Below, piece by piece: positions 15,801 through 23,159 of a stretch of DNA of 31,776 bases. The translations under genes and the position numbers were made by a program. The number at the start of each line of letters is the position of its first letter. The stretch's first letter is position 1. Below the pieces are notes generated by a model. It saw nothing but the letters and a program-made list of their open reading frames with translations, made no database searches and was not told the origin of the DNA. The stretch spans positions 1 to 31,776 of the IMG/VR virus record IMGVR_UViG_3300017707_001682; one strand, written 5' to 3'. The stretch comes from a virus. Lineage: Duplodnaviria > Caudoviricetes.

Positions 15801-18507
15801 CGCACCCGACGGGAAACTGATCGGGATCTACGACACACAACTCGAAGCAGAAAGGAAAGCAGATGCCACTCAAACAAGGCTACAGTCGGAAATCGATCAG
15901 CAGCAACGTCTCGAGGGAGATGAAGGCAGGCAAGCCGCAGAAGCAGGCGGTGGCGATCGCCCTGTCAGTAGCACGAAAGGCCAAGAAGAAAGCGGGAAAG
16001 AGGGGGATGTAACTGCTCAGTTCAAGGCTGCTTCCGAAGCAGATCCTACGCAGCCGTCGACTCAAGCCATCAGAACAATCAAGGGCCAGCGTGCTGTCAA
16101 CTCGCTGTATCAGTTCGACTACACCTACAAGGTCCAAAGACCAGGGAAACCATCCAAGGAGGTAACTGCAACTGAGACTGTTTCTGCGTTTTCATTCACA
16201 GAAGCCAGAGACAAGGCCAAGAAGGCCATCCAAAAAGAACTGCAGGACAAGGCTGGTGTCTTAAGATCCACAGTCTCAATCAGTCAGCCTACAATAAAAG
16301 GGCAGTTTGCAGTCACCGAGTTGACCGGAAAAAATCGAGACAAAACAGTTCCCAAGATTGTCCTGAACCCCAACAACGCCCAGCAATTCAGGTCGATGTT
16401 TGATGCGGTTGATGCAGCTCTTGAACTGGTCAAGTACAGCCCGACCTTGGGACTGGATTCCGATGGATGGATCAGAGCGTTTTCCAGGTCGATGAATGGA
16501 TCCAGGGCATCAGTTCCGCCTGCTCCTTTGCGTCTGGCTGAGTGGGCAAAGAACAACGATGCCTTCAAGACGTTCATCATGGATGGCCTGCAAAGGAATC
16601 CAGAGCTGGTCAAGTCAGCCGTTGGAGGTCTCAACGCATTGCAGCCCATTCACGAGATGGCTCGCGCAGGAATGATCCATCCGAAGATGGTGGCACTCCA
16701 TATGTTCTGGGGACTGCTGTCTCGGATGCTCGATCCCTACAATCAGGAAGCCGGTTGGGCTAGATTGACCAGTGATCCCAAGGTTAACCGACTGATCGAG
16801 GAATCTGTGGCTGGTCGATACAAGTCGTCCAAGGATGAGTGGAAGGCGATCGTCGATGCCAAGATGTCCGAATTCCCAGACGTCAAGGTGGGACGCAATG
16901 CAATCCAGAACGCCAATGCATTCCATGAGATGCTCTCGAGGTGGAACGGGCGATGGAACGAGCTGACAGACATCATCAACGACCCGAACCTCAGCGGACC
17001 TCAGATGCGGAGGAAGTTCAACGAGCAAGGGTTCGGAGGTGCTGGCATCAAACACAAGGTGCTGTCCTTCGTGATAGCTACCCTGGCGAGGAATGACGTC
17101 TTCGTCGGTGACCGTTGGCAGGTCGTCAATCTATGGTTCCCGCATCTCGAGAAAGCGGTGGCGGCAAGAAAGTCTGCTGGAGGATCTGGAGATGTTTTTG
17201 CATACGACAAGAATGGCGTTCCAGAAGACACCACTGGCGCCTACAAGGTCATCGGAGGGATGCTCAACAACGAGACCGTGGCCGAAACCGCCTATTCGTT
17301 GATCGAGAACGGGATGAGCAAAATCGCCTCGGAAAGTCCGTGGTTGCGCGAAATGCTTGGCCGTGATCCGCAGCCATTCGACATTCATTGGCTGACCTGG
17401 AACATCATCAAGAACGAGCCGGTTGGTCACTCGAGTCTCGATGCGACCGCGAAGTTTCTGACGGAAAACCTTTACGGAGATCCGGAATTTGCCAAAAAGT
17501 TCGCTGAAACAGAAAAGCGGACAGAAAAGTACACCAAAGGAGCATTCGATGTCTTCTCAGTCAAAGGTCAGGAGCGCCCTCAAATATCGCAACGTCCCGG
17601 AGCCAGCTATGGAGGACCTGGTGCGCCAGATCTCAGGACTTATGAAGGCGGGGGTCCAGGAAGACCTTCGGGACCAGAGTCCGCTCGATACCTCCCAGCA
17701 GAACGCTCCCAGGAAGACGCTGGCCGACGTGTACCGAGCAGCCGGTTCGGCGTTGACCCTGCAACCCGTGGGACAGAGTTTGCGGATGCAATAAGGCGAA
17801 CCAAAGCAGAGCATCCGTTTGGTTTTGCAGTAGATGACAAGGGCAACGAGTTCTACACAACCCCTGGAACTCAGCTCTTCTTGTCAGAGGATGGCTTGGC
17901 AGGTGTAGCTGTCACCGACTACGGCGATCTGGTCTCAGTGTTCAAACACCCAGAGTCGACCTCAGACATCAAGCCGCTATTGGTTGAGGCTGCTAGCAAA
18001 TCGCAAACCCTCGATGCATTCGACGTAAACGGGTTCCTTCCTAACCTGTACGGGAATCTCGGTTTTCGTCCTGTAGCTCGTGTCCCATTCAACCGAGAAT
18101 ATGCTCCTCCTGGATGGCGCTATGATCTGGCAGGCGAACCCGACGTTGTGCTGATGGTGAATGATCCTTCTGGTACATCTGGAGCCCCCCAGATCACTGG
18201 AAAGAACTACTCCGAGGTGAAAGCTAAAGTTCCAGCCGTTGACTATGATACAGCAGTCAGGCTGCAGCAGGAGGCCAAGCAGCGCATCGCAGAGTCAAAG
18301 CAGGGACAGCCCCAGTCGCCAGAGATAGCAGGCGCCAGGCTGATGCCGGATGCTTCGGTTCCTGGAGCATTCTCGATGTCCGGATTTCGTGTTCTGCCCG
18401 GGAAGACCAAGGGACGAGTCCGCGTATACAGCCCGACAGGTGGTCTGCTAGGCATCGCTTCGAGCAACGACGAGGCGCAGCGCATGATTCAACGCAAACT
18501 CCGCTGA
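12880..18507 (+). CDS. Giant ejection / polyvalent protein (1875 aa)
   Basis: Gly/Ala membrane-like N-terminal region. HELFH (14371) with EIAAE (14617) zincin motifs. HhH-GPD-like 'GIKHKVLSF...DVFVGDRW' (17044-17118). GNAT-like 'LDAFD..GFLP.LY...GFRPVAR..FN..YAP.GW' (~18010-18120). Confidence 0.75.
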   Translation: MPYTVEIPGGRGIVEVADDVPLEEARLQIEKQFPPNGAEIAERLAAEPDYQPTTEEFQLYKQYAKEKQTSFIDSFAQGVDYMLGVAGRGIAAGVTEGAALNPANYLEAMGQGTQQLYGMIAQSQDPNSALFKLKDLINGTGTIESQRQQFIEARKFNQDLAKYESGESTFLPKEMVNPEYVQAAAMILDPTLALPGLGEVFGAGKLATKGVGLAARGVGRGVSALARPVETATKAGERILAEAINVTPEGLATAARTTGVASALGVAPAVGVVGAVPLIATTAREAGEALATAGLNLISQPSRIGPLEAIGRIPGANLRQRTLGVIGQYGGDAALDMALRATAGSIEGGAIGAGLGYLGGGEEGAGFGAGSGATMGAAGTAAARGYQKLTGKAAREARQGDFDRYVASQDENTAGLLRQIESQHGLDVASGFMDATALVRGQLGDVNVTLLSAEDYRKQFGTNTRGVQIPEADTPAIYVNADLFGEGKGDSPLYTLGHELFHALERSEQLSSRASDIKDALVGSYVVTDGVATKVTNGLFDDAEVNRRFNEYRDKLAPQQAESLAAYDTPQKRADFVASEIAAEYTGALFAGQKPDSLLRGFSGLTRTLLDQALTKNADSALNRIAQRIENTFGLKPLDSILFPDLKQASPQVNAMLRDLVRARRKLDERILAADSELTGAIKPSDMGNPIAAKVAQDFGIAEQNPDGTTRWLTDEEINAREWRDNQAVQDILLTRPGARLVDGVIQGRFSPEQLSAIEQSQQVSSRMKDKIRAVAASINNGNSIFIDYNAATRRVKNKITGKHTSKYSSGIRMTQRELLPYAFYFSKADNPVIKAIDLTKVRRAVEGYVRKDGSVAGIWENMDGFMSDLAKYFTNLDSPRRQPSAVALDSDAKAKFMGDLVNEMEKDGRKFVRDFRLDRMGAVSPRNFRARISEEAIKFSKMRWMPGENVGDTKVTGSEEGYRIVSKDKNRLYAPDGKLIGIYDTQLEAERKADATQTRLQSEIDQQQRLEGDEGRQAAEAGGGDRPVSSTKGQEESGKEGDVTAQFKAASEADPTQPSTQAIRTIKGQRAVNSLYQFDYTYKVQRPGKPSKEVTATETVSAFSFTEARDKAKKAIQKELQDKAGVLRSTVSISQPTIKGQFAVTELTGKNRDKTVPKIVLNPNNAQQFRSMFDAVDAALELVKYSPTLGLDSDGWIRAFSRSMNGSRASVPPAPLRLAEWAKNNDAFKTFIMDGLQRNPELVKSAVGGLNALQPIHEMARAGMIHPKMVALHMFWGLLSRMLDPYNQEAGWARLTSDPKVNRLIEESVAGRYKSSKDEWKAIVDAKMSEFPDVKVGRNAIQNANAFHEMLSRWNGRWNELTDIINDPNLSGPQMRRKFNEQGFGGAGIKHKVLSFVIATLARNDVFVGDRWQVVNLWFPHLEKAVAARKSAGGSGDVFAYDKNGVPEDTTGAYKVIGGMLNNETVAETAYSLIENGMSKIASESPWLREMLGRDPQPFDIHWLTWNIIKNEPVGHSSLDATAKFLTENLYGDPEFAKKFAETEKRTEKYTKGAFDVFSVKGQERPQISQRPGASYGGPGAPDLRTYEGGGPGRPSGPESARYLPAERSQEDAGRRVPSSRFGVDPATRGTEFADAIRRTKAEHPFGFAVDDKGNEFYTTPGTQLFLSEDGLAGVAVTDYGDLVSVFKHPESTSDIKPLLVEAASKSQTLDAFDVNGFLPNLYGNLGFRPVARVPFNREYAPPGWRYDLAGEPDVVLMVNDPSGTSGAPQITGKNYSEVKAKVPAVDYDTAVRLQQEAKQRIAESKQGQPQSPEIAGARLMPDASVPGAFSMSGFRVLPGKTKGRVRVYSPTGGLLGIASSNDEAQRMIQRKLR

Positions 18508-18510
18508 CCA

Positions 18511-19110
18511 ATGGCCTACGATCCAAAGACGTCGAACGCGTTGCTCAACAAACTCAGGGCCGACGTCGATGGGCTCTTGGTTCGCAACGCCATCCTCAAC
18601 ATGGAGCTCCCCACAGGGGAGGACGGCGGATCAGCCACGATGGCGATCACGGCGGACATGACGACGATCACCGCCGACCAGACGTCGTACACTGCGGATC
18701 AGACAGTCGTGGACTGGACACCGAGACCGATCAACGAGGTCACCTGGGACGAGGGCGAGACCGTCGAGAGGCTGGCGGGTAACACCATCACGCTCGAACC
18801 CGGCATCTACAAAATCAAAGCCGTCTTCACCTTCCACCACACACAGTCGACCAGGCTCGCGTTGTGGAATGGAACGGATCAGATCGCTGAAGCGTACGGC
18901 CTGAACGGGTATTTTGCCTCCAACGTCATGGGTGTGCTCGACATCAATGCGATCGTCCGACCTCGCAAGACCACCAGCTACCAGATCCGCTACCAAGTCG
19001 AAAGAGCACAGGCCACCGATGGACTCGGAATTGCAACGGACTTCGCAGGCATTCCCGAACAGTACGGCGCCGTCGAAATCACACGACTGAATCGGCTCAA
19101 GCCCGAGTAG
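18511..19110 (+). CDS. Putative virion fibre/spike protein with a jelly-roll (C1q/TNF-like) C-terminal domain
   Basis: 'ITLEPGIYKIKA' and beta-rich C-terminus; short TAD.T repeats; last gene of the structural block. Confidence 0.5.
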   Translation: MAYDPKTSNALLNKLRADVDGLLVRNAILNMELPTGEDGGSATMAITADMTTITADQTSYTADQTVVDWTPRPINEVTWDEGETVERLAGNTITLEPGIYKIKAVFTFHHTQSTRLALWNGTDQIAEAYGLNGYFASNVMGVLDINAIVRPRKTTSYQIRYQVERAQATDGLGIATDFAGIPEQYGAVEITRLNRLKPE

Positions 19111-19121
19111 TAGAATTCTGC

Positions 19122-19151
19122 TTGACTCTGTAATTTTTTGCAGGCCAGTAT
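19122..19151 (+). promoter_or_regulatory. Putative sigma70-like promoter giving a leaderless mRNA for the replication operon
   Basis: TTGACT-18 nt-CAGTAT, with ATG 19158 at the expected +1. The spacer holds ATTTTTTGCAGG. Confidence 0.5.
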
Positions 19152-19157
19152 CTGTTC

Positions 19158-19319
19158 ATGGCGGCAAAGGCGAAGCAACGGACTGCAACGGTCCAGATCG
19201 ATCTGATCACTCACACTCTCCTCGTTCAATACTGCCGGGAACGAGGTATCAAGCTCGGACACTACGTCTCGACGCTCATCCATGAGGCAGTGCAACAAGG
19301 TAACCAGAAGAAACCATGA
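19158..19319 (+). CDS. Ribbon-helix-helix DNA-binding protein (53 aa, not in ORF track)
   Basis: MAAKAKQRTATVQIDLITHTLLVQYCRERGIKLGHYVSTLIHEAVQQGNQKKP: strand, helix, G-turn, helix. ATGA overlap with the recombinase gene. Confidence 0.65.
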   Translation: MAAKAKQRTATVQIDLITHTLLVQYCRERGIKLGHYVSTLIHEAVQQGNQKKP

Positions 19320-20173
19320 ACAGTAACCAATCGGTGGCACTCGTGCCCGTCAGCACCTACGACAAGGTGAACGACCCCATGACCGCGGCGACTCAGCTCG
19401 GGGAGTGGATTGCCAAGTCCGGAATGTTCGGATGCGAACGCGTCGAGCAGGGTGCCATCCTCGCGATGCAGTGCCTGGTGGAACGCAAGGCGCCCCTCGA
19501 GCTTGCGAAGCACTACCACATCATCGGTGGGAAGTTGAGCCTCCGAGCTGACGCAATGCTGGCGCTCTACCGTGAACGCGGGGGCAAGGTTCAGTGGCTT
19601 CAGTTCGACGACCAGGGCGCCAAAGCCAAGTGGGCCTACGACGGCAACAACGTGGAGATCGCGTACACCTCGGACGACGCCCGGCGTGCTGGTCTCCTCC
19701 CCGCTCGTCCCGGATCCGGATGGGCTAAGTTCCCGGCTGAGATGCTGAGGGCTCGTCTGATCAGCAAGGCTGTCCGGATGTTGGCGCCGGAAGTCGTCAC
19801 TGGCACGTACACCCCGGAGGAGATTGAGGACATCCAGCGTCCGCAGCCTGCCCAGGTCGTCATTGGTGCCGTTTCGCCAGTCGCTCAGGCTTCTCCCGTA
19901 GAGGTCTCTGTCGCTCAGGCTGAGATCGTCGAGGACGTTCCGACCCTGACTCCCCAGGAGGCTGTCCTGAAGCTCGTCGAGGAACGTCAGTTGGTGCAGG
20001 CGGCTGAGACATTCCTGTTCGGCAAGAAGTGGATCACCGCGGAGCAGACCATCAAGGACCTCTCCAGCCAGCGGTGCGCGAAAATCCTGGCCAAACCCGA
20101 GGCGTTCATCCGAGCGGTGCTCGATGACGTCAACTCGACCCCGGAGATTCCGGCTGAGGAGGGCGTCAAGTGA
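19316..20173 (+). CDS. RecT/Redbeta-like single-strand annealing protein
   Basis: 'HIIGGKLSLRADAM', 'DARRAGL', 'WAKFPAEMLRARLISKAVRMLAPEVVTGTYTPEE'. Confidence 0.85.
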   Translation: MNSNQSVALVPVSTYDKVNDPMTAATQLGEWIAKSGMFGCERVEQGAILAMQCLVERKAPLELAKHYHIIGGKLSLRADAMLALYRERGGKVQWLQFDDQGAKAKWAYDGNNVEIAYTSDDARRAGLLPARPGSGWAKFPAEMLRARLISKAVRMLAPEVVTGTYTPEEIEDIQRPQPAQVVIGAVSPVAQASPVEVSVAQAEIVEDVPTLTPQEAVLKLVEERQLVQAAETFLFGKKWITAEQTIKDLSSQRCAKILAKPEAFIRAVLDDVNSTPEIPAEEGVK

Positions 20174-21168
20174 GTTTCGTCACGCGTCCATCCAGCCTGC
20201 CTGCCCAGGCCAAGTCGCCAAGGTGGGAGTCAGCAGGCTCGACTGCCATTACGGAAGCCGGTAACGATCGACACACAGCCCTCGAGGAACTCCTAGCCGG
20301 GAAACGCTCTGTCTTCGACCTGTTGCCGGAGCATGAACAGCAGGCCGTCCAGTGGGCTGCCGATTACATCAAGACCAATGCCACCGGAACAATACTCTCG
20401 GAACAGGCTGTTGAAATTAAGCGTGGCGGCGTTGTTGTGCTGCGCGGGACTGCTGATGCTATTGGCGGTCGTCATCTGTTCGATCTGAAGTGGGTCGAGC
20501 GGAACTACAGTCAACAGATGGCGGCGTATGCCCTGGGCGTTATGCAGACCTTCGGGTACGACTCCATCACAGTCCACGTGCTCTTCGGAGAGACTCAGCG
20601 CGTGCAGCGGTATCCGATCTCGATGGCTGAGGCCGAGGCACTGGTCTACCCGGTCCTGGACGCTGTCGCGAATCCGGACACTCCCTGTCGTGCTTCCGAG
20701 TACTGCGGCTGGTGCAAACATCAGACCACCTGCCCGGTCATTGTCGGGCACGTCAGCAAGATCGGTGACTCGTATGAGATGGTCCGCCTAGAGGACTTCC
20801 ACCTGGCCTCTGTCGATCAGGTCGCTGCTGCACTGAACCTCGCCAAGGTCGCTGAGGAGTGGGCCGACTCGATCAAGTCCAAGGCGCGTGACCTGGCTCT
20901 GTCCGGGATCCGCATTCCAGGCTACGAGATCAAGGAACGGTCCGGCGCCCGGGAGATCGCACCTGAGAACATCAACGTCGCGTTCGAGCGCCTGCAGATG
21001 CCACCGGAGGTATTCCTTCGGGCCTGCAAGGTTTCCATCACCAAGCTCGTTGAGGAGCTCACCACCAACGGACTCACCAAGAAAGCAGCGAACCAAGCAG
21101 TCAACGACCGCCTGCTGGGACTCGTCGAAACCAAACCCGCGGTCAAGTACCTCAGCAAAATCAAGTAA
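20170..21168 (+). CDS. PD-(D/E)XK exonuclease, DUF2800/Cas4-like
   Basis: 'G..RH', 'GTADA', 'DLK', 'QMAAYALG', 'YCGWCKHQTTCP'. Paired with the annealase. Confidence 0.85.
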   Translation: MSFVTRPSSLPAQAKSPRWESAGSTAITEAGNDRHTALEELLAGKRSVFDLLPEHEQQAVQWAADYIKTNATGTILSEQAVEIKRGGVVVLRGTADAIGGRHLFDLKWVERNYSQQMAAYALGVMQTFGYDSITVHVLFGETQRVQRYPISMAEAEALVYPVLDAVANPDTPCRASEYCGWCKHQTTCPVIVGHVSKIGDSYEMVRLEDFHLASVDQVAAALNLAKVAEEWADSIKSKARDLALSGIRIPGYEIKERSGAREIAPENINVAFERLQMPPEVFLRACKVSITKLVEELTTNGLTKKAANQAVNDRLLGLVETKPAVKYLSKIK

Positions 21169-21170
21169 CC

Positions 21171-21587
21171 ATGCCATCCATCATCATCCAGAAGAGTGAA
21201 GACAACATCGTCCTAGAGCCCGGTGACTACCCGGCCAGGATCACCAAGGCAGCAGCCGGTCTGCAACAGTCGGGCAAACACAACGGAGCCGAGAAAATTG
21301 AAGTCTGGTGGCGAGTCGCTGAACAGAACACGGTCCGGGACAACCTCCTGTGGGTGCCTTCGATGAACTGGAAGATCAGCAAGTTCGCCGAGGCCACCGG
21401 CTACGGGCGTCCCGGGGACAACATCACGATCGACGCAGAGAACGTCATCGGTCGGAGCTGCATCGTCAGCGTCATCAAAGAGGAGGTCACCACCAAGAGC
21501 GGATCGAAGATGTGGGTGAACCGCATCTCGGGCTATAAGGTCGGGGTCGGCAAGGTCGACGACTTCCTGGCAGACGAAGAACCGTGA
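21171..21587 (+). CDS. Single-stranded DNA-binding protein (DUF669-like)
   Basis: 'LEPGDYPARI', 'IGRSCIVSV', 'NRI..Y' and an acidic C-terminal tail 'DDFLADEEP'. Confidence 0.7.
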   Translation: MPSIIIQKSEDNIVLEPGDYPARITKAAAGLQQSGKHNGAEKIEVWWRVAEQNTVRDNLLWVPSMNWKISKFAEATGYGRPGDNITIDAENVIGRSCIVSVIKEEVTTKSGSKMWVNRISGYKVGVGKVDDFLADEEP

Positions 21588-21599
21588 ACTGATCTACTA

Positions 21600-21676
21600 G
21601 GGTAATTGCGGCGGGGATTTCATTTCTCTGGTTAGGTTACAAACCCGGGCCGGAACCGCGTAGAACGGCCCACTTT
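21600..21676 (+). ncRNA. Candidate structured (pseudoknotted) intergenic element
   Basis: Hairpin GGGCCG(21647-52)/CGGCCC(21666-71) whose loop CCGCG can pair with TGCGG(21607-11). Confidence 0.4.
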
Positions 21677-21693
21677 CATCTCATCACATCATC

Positions 21694-22161
21694 ATGCGAA
21701 ATCGATACAACGTCGTCGGAGTGGATCCCGGAGTCTCAGGTGGAATCGCCTGCGTCGACCCGTCGGGTGCCATCACACTGTACGCAATGCCGGACTCATT
21801 GCCTGGACTGCATCAGCTCCTGGTCGACATCCGGTACAAGGATGCCCAGCTCTGGATCGAAGAGGTCCCGAAGTTCACTGGACGCAATATCCCAGGCTCA
21901 ACAGTCGCAGTCCTGTTCCAGAATGTAGGCCGCATCGAAGGCATCGCCCTGGCGCTAGGATATTCATTGCATCGCGTTCCACCTACAGCCTGGCAGAATC
22001 CGCTAGGACTCGGAGGAAAACGCTCGTGCGCCAGTCCTGCGGAATGGAAACGCAAGCTCAAGGCCAAGGCCGAAGAGCTCTACCCAAACGTCGACGGCAT
22101 CACTCTAAAGACCGCGGATGCACTGCTGATCGCACATCACGCGATGGGAGGTGAGCGATGA
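21694..22161 (+). CDS. RuvC-like Holliday junction resolvase
   Basis: 'VVGVDPGVSGGIA', 'WIEEV', 'VPPTAWQ', 'ADALLIA'. Confidence 0.85.
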   Translation: MRNRYNVVGVDPGVSGGIACVDPSGAITLYAMPDSLPGLHQLLVDIRYKDAQLWIEEVPKFTGRNIPGSTVAVLFQNVGRIEGIALALGYSLHRVPPTAWQNPLGLGGKRSCASPAEWKRKLKAKAEELYPNVDGITLKTADALLIAHHAMGGER

Positions 22162-22340
22162 AATATCAGTGCGTCAAAAACCCGAACGTCATCGTCGTGA
22201 TGCTCAGTTCAGAGGCCGAGTTCAGGCTCGGAGAAGTTAAACACAAGGCAGTGGTCTACTCCAGGGGCGGCAAGGTATTCGTCCGTCGTGCTGAGGAATT
22301 CCACGCGAAGTTCAAACCATTGAAGGAGGACAAACCATGA
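22158..22340 (+). CDS. Small DUF1653-like protein
   Basis: 'AVVYS...VFVRRAEEFHAKF' pattern. Confidence 0.55.
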   Translation: MKYQCVKNPNVIVVMLSSEAEFRLGEVKHKAVVYSRGGKVFVRRAEEFHAKFKPLKEDKP

Positions 22341-22717
22341 GTTCCATCAGTGAGATCACTCGTCAGGTCCAGGAGGCAGGGCTCTACGACAAGCAGCAAT
22401 GCCCCCACTGCGGCCTGCCTGCGGATCGCAACCAGAACGGGATCCAAGGCTATCGCTGCGGCTCGTCCTACTGCGAGTCGTTCCGGCCTCAGTGGGCGCG
22501 CTCGATGACGTGTTTGGAGATTGAGAACGGGCAGCTTCGAGAGATGTTCCGGAAGGCGAACCTGCATGCGTTGGATCTGGCCGACCGCATCAAGCGGCTG
22601 GAGGAGGCTGGAGATAAGATGGCTGAGTTTATGGGCCGAGATGACTTGGTTTATACGAGAGACTTTTGCAAACAACTTGCTGATGAATGGACCGCAGCCA
22701 AGGAGGCCAAATCGTGA
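22337..22717 (+). CDS. Hypothetical protein with Cys cluster and coiled coil
   Basis: CPHCG...YRCGS...C followed by heptads 'LADRIKRLEEAGD'. Confidence 0.65.
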   Translation: MSSISEITRQVQEAGLYDKQQCPHCGLPADRNQNGIQGYRCGSSYCESFRPQWARSMTCLEIENGQLREMFRKANLHALDLADRIKRLEEAGDKMAEFMGRDDLVYTRDFCKQLADEWTAAKEAKS

Positions 22718-22726
22718 GTGACTTTA

Positions 22727-22898
22727 GCCGCTGAGTGGCGGTGAACCTGCCGGGGGTACATCTCCCTCCTGAGTGGACCTGTTGGTTCATGGACTTGGTT
22801 CCCGGCAGGTTGTTTTTCCACGGCTGAGTGGTCGTGGCATTGAAGGGATGAAACGCGGACGTCAGCGACAACAGACGTGACAGCCGGGAGAGACCGGC
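22727..22898 (+). other. Hairpin cluster with three CTGAGTGG copies and an 11-bp perfect inverted repeat
   Basis: CTGAGTGG at 22731, 22769 and 22824. AACCTGCCGGG(22744-54)/CCCGGCAGGTT(22801-11). Further hairpins at 22859-78 and 22883-98. Confidence 0.6.
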
Positions 22899-22910
22899 AA
22901 GCTAACCAAC

Positions 22911-23156
22911 ATGATCAAGTACACGATTCTGATAAACGAACACAAGAACCACAACATTGCCATTGGTGCGATGGCTGATGAAAACAAACCAACCGACCGC
23001 GAGAGAATGGCCCTGTCGATAATCTTCTCAGCGATCAAAGCGGTTGCACTCCACATCGGTGATACTCGCGACATCTCAATGATGGAAGGTGGAGATGCAG
23101 TTGTGAAACTCGTCAAAGAAGAACTCAAGAAATCCAACGTCTCGCTTGGAGAATGA
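22911..23156 (+). CDS. Hypothetical protein
   Basis: 81-aa ORF with an A/C-rich leader, ending 3 nt before the primase start. Confidence 0.6.
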   Translation: MIKYTILINEHKNHNIAIGAMADENKPTDRERMALSIIFSAIKAVALHIGDTRDISMMEGGDAVVKLVKEELKKSNVSLGE

Positions 23157-23159
23157 GCA

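Noticed and set aside
20170-21168. CRISPR-Cas (Cas4-like nuclease)
   Set aside because: No repeat-spacer array or other cas genes. The context beside RecT and SSB indicates a recombination exonuclease.
21590-21690. tRNA gene
   Set aside because: No TTCRA T-loop, cloverleaf or acceptor stem.
22720-22860. Hammerhead ribozyme (CTGA...GAAAC)
   Set aside because: The core would need CUGANGA, but the sequence reads CTGAGTG and the stems do not fit.
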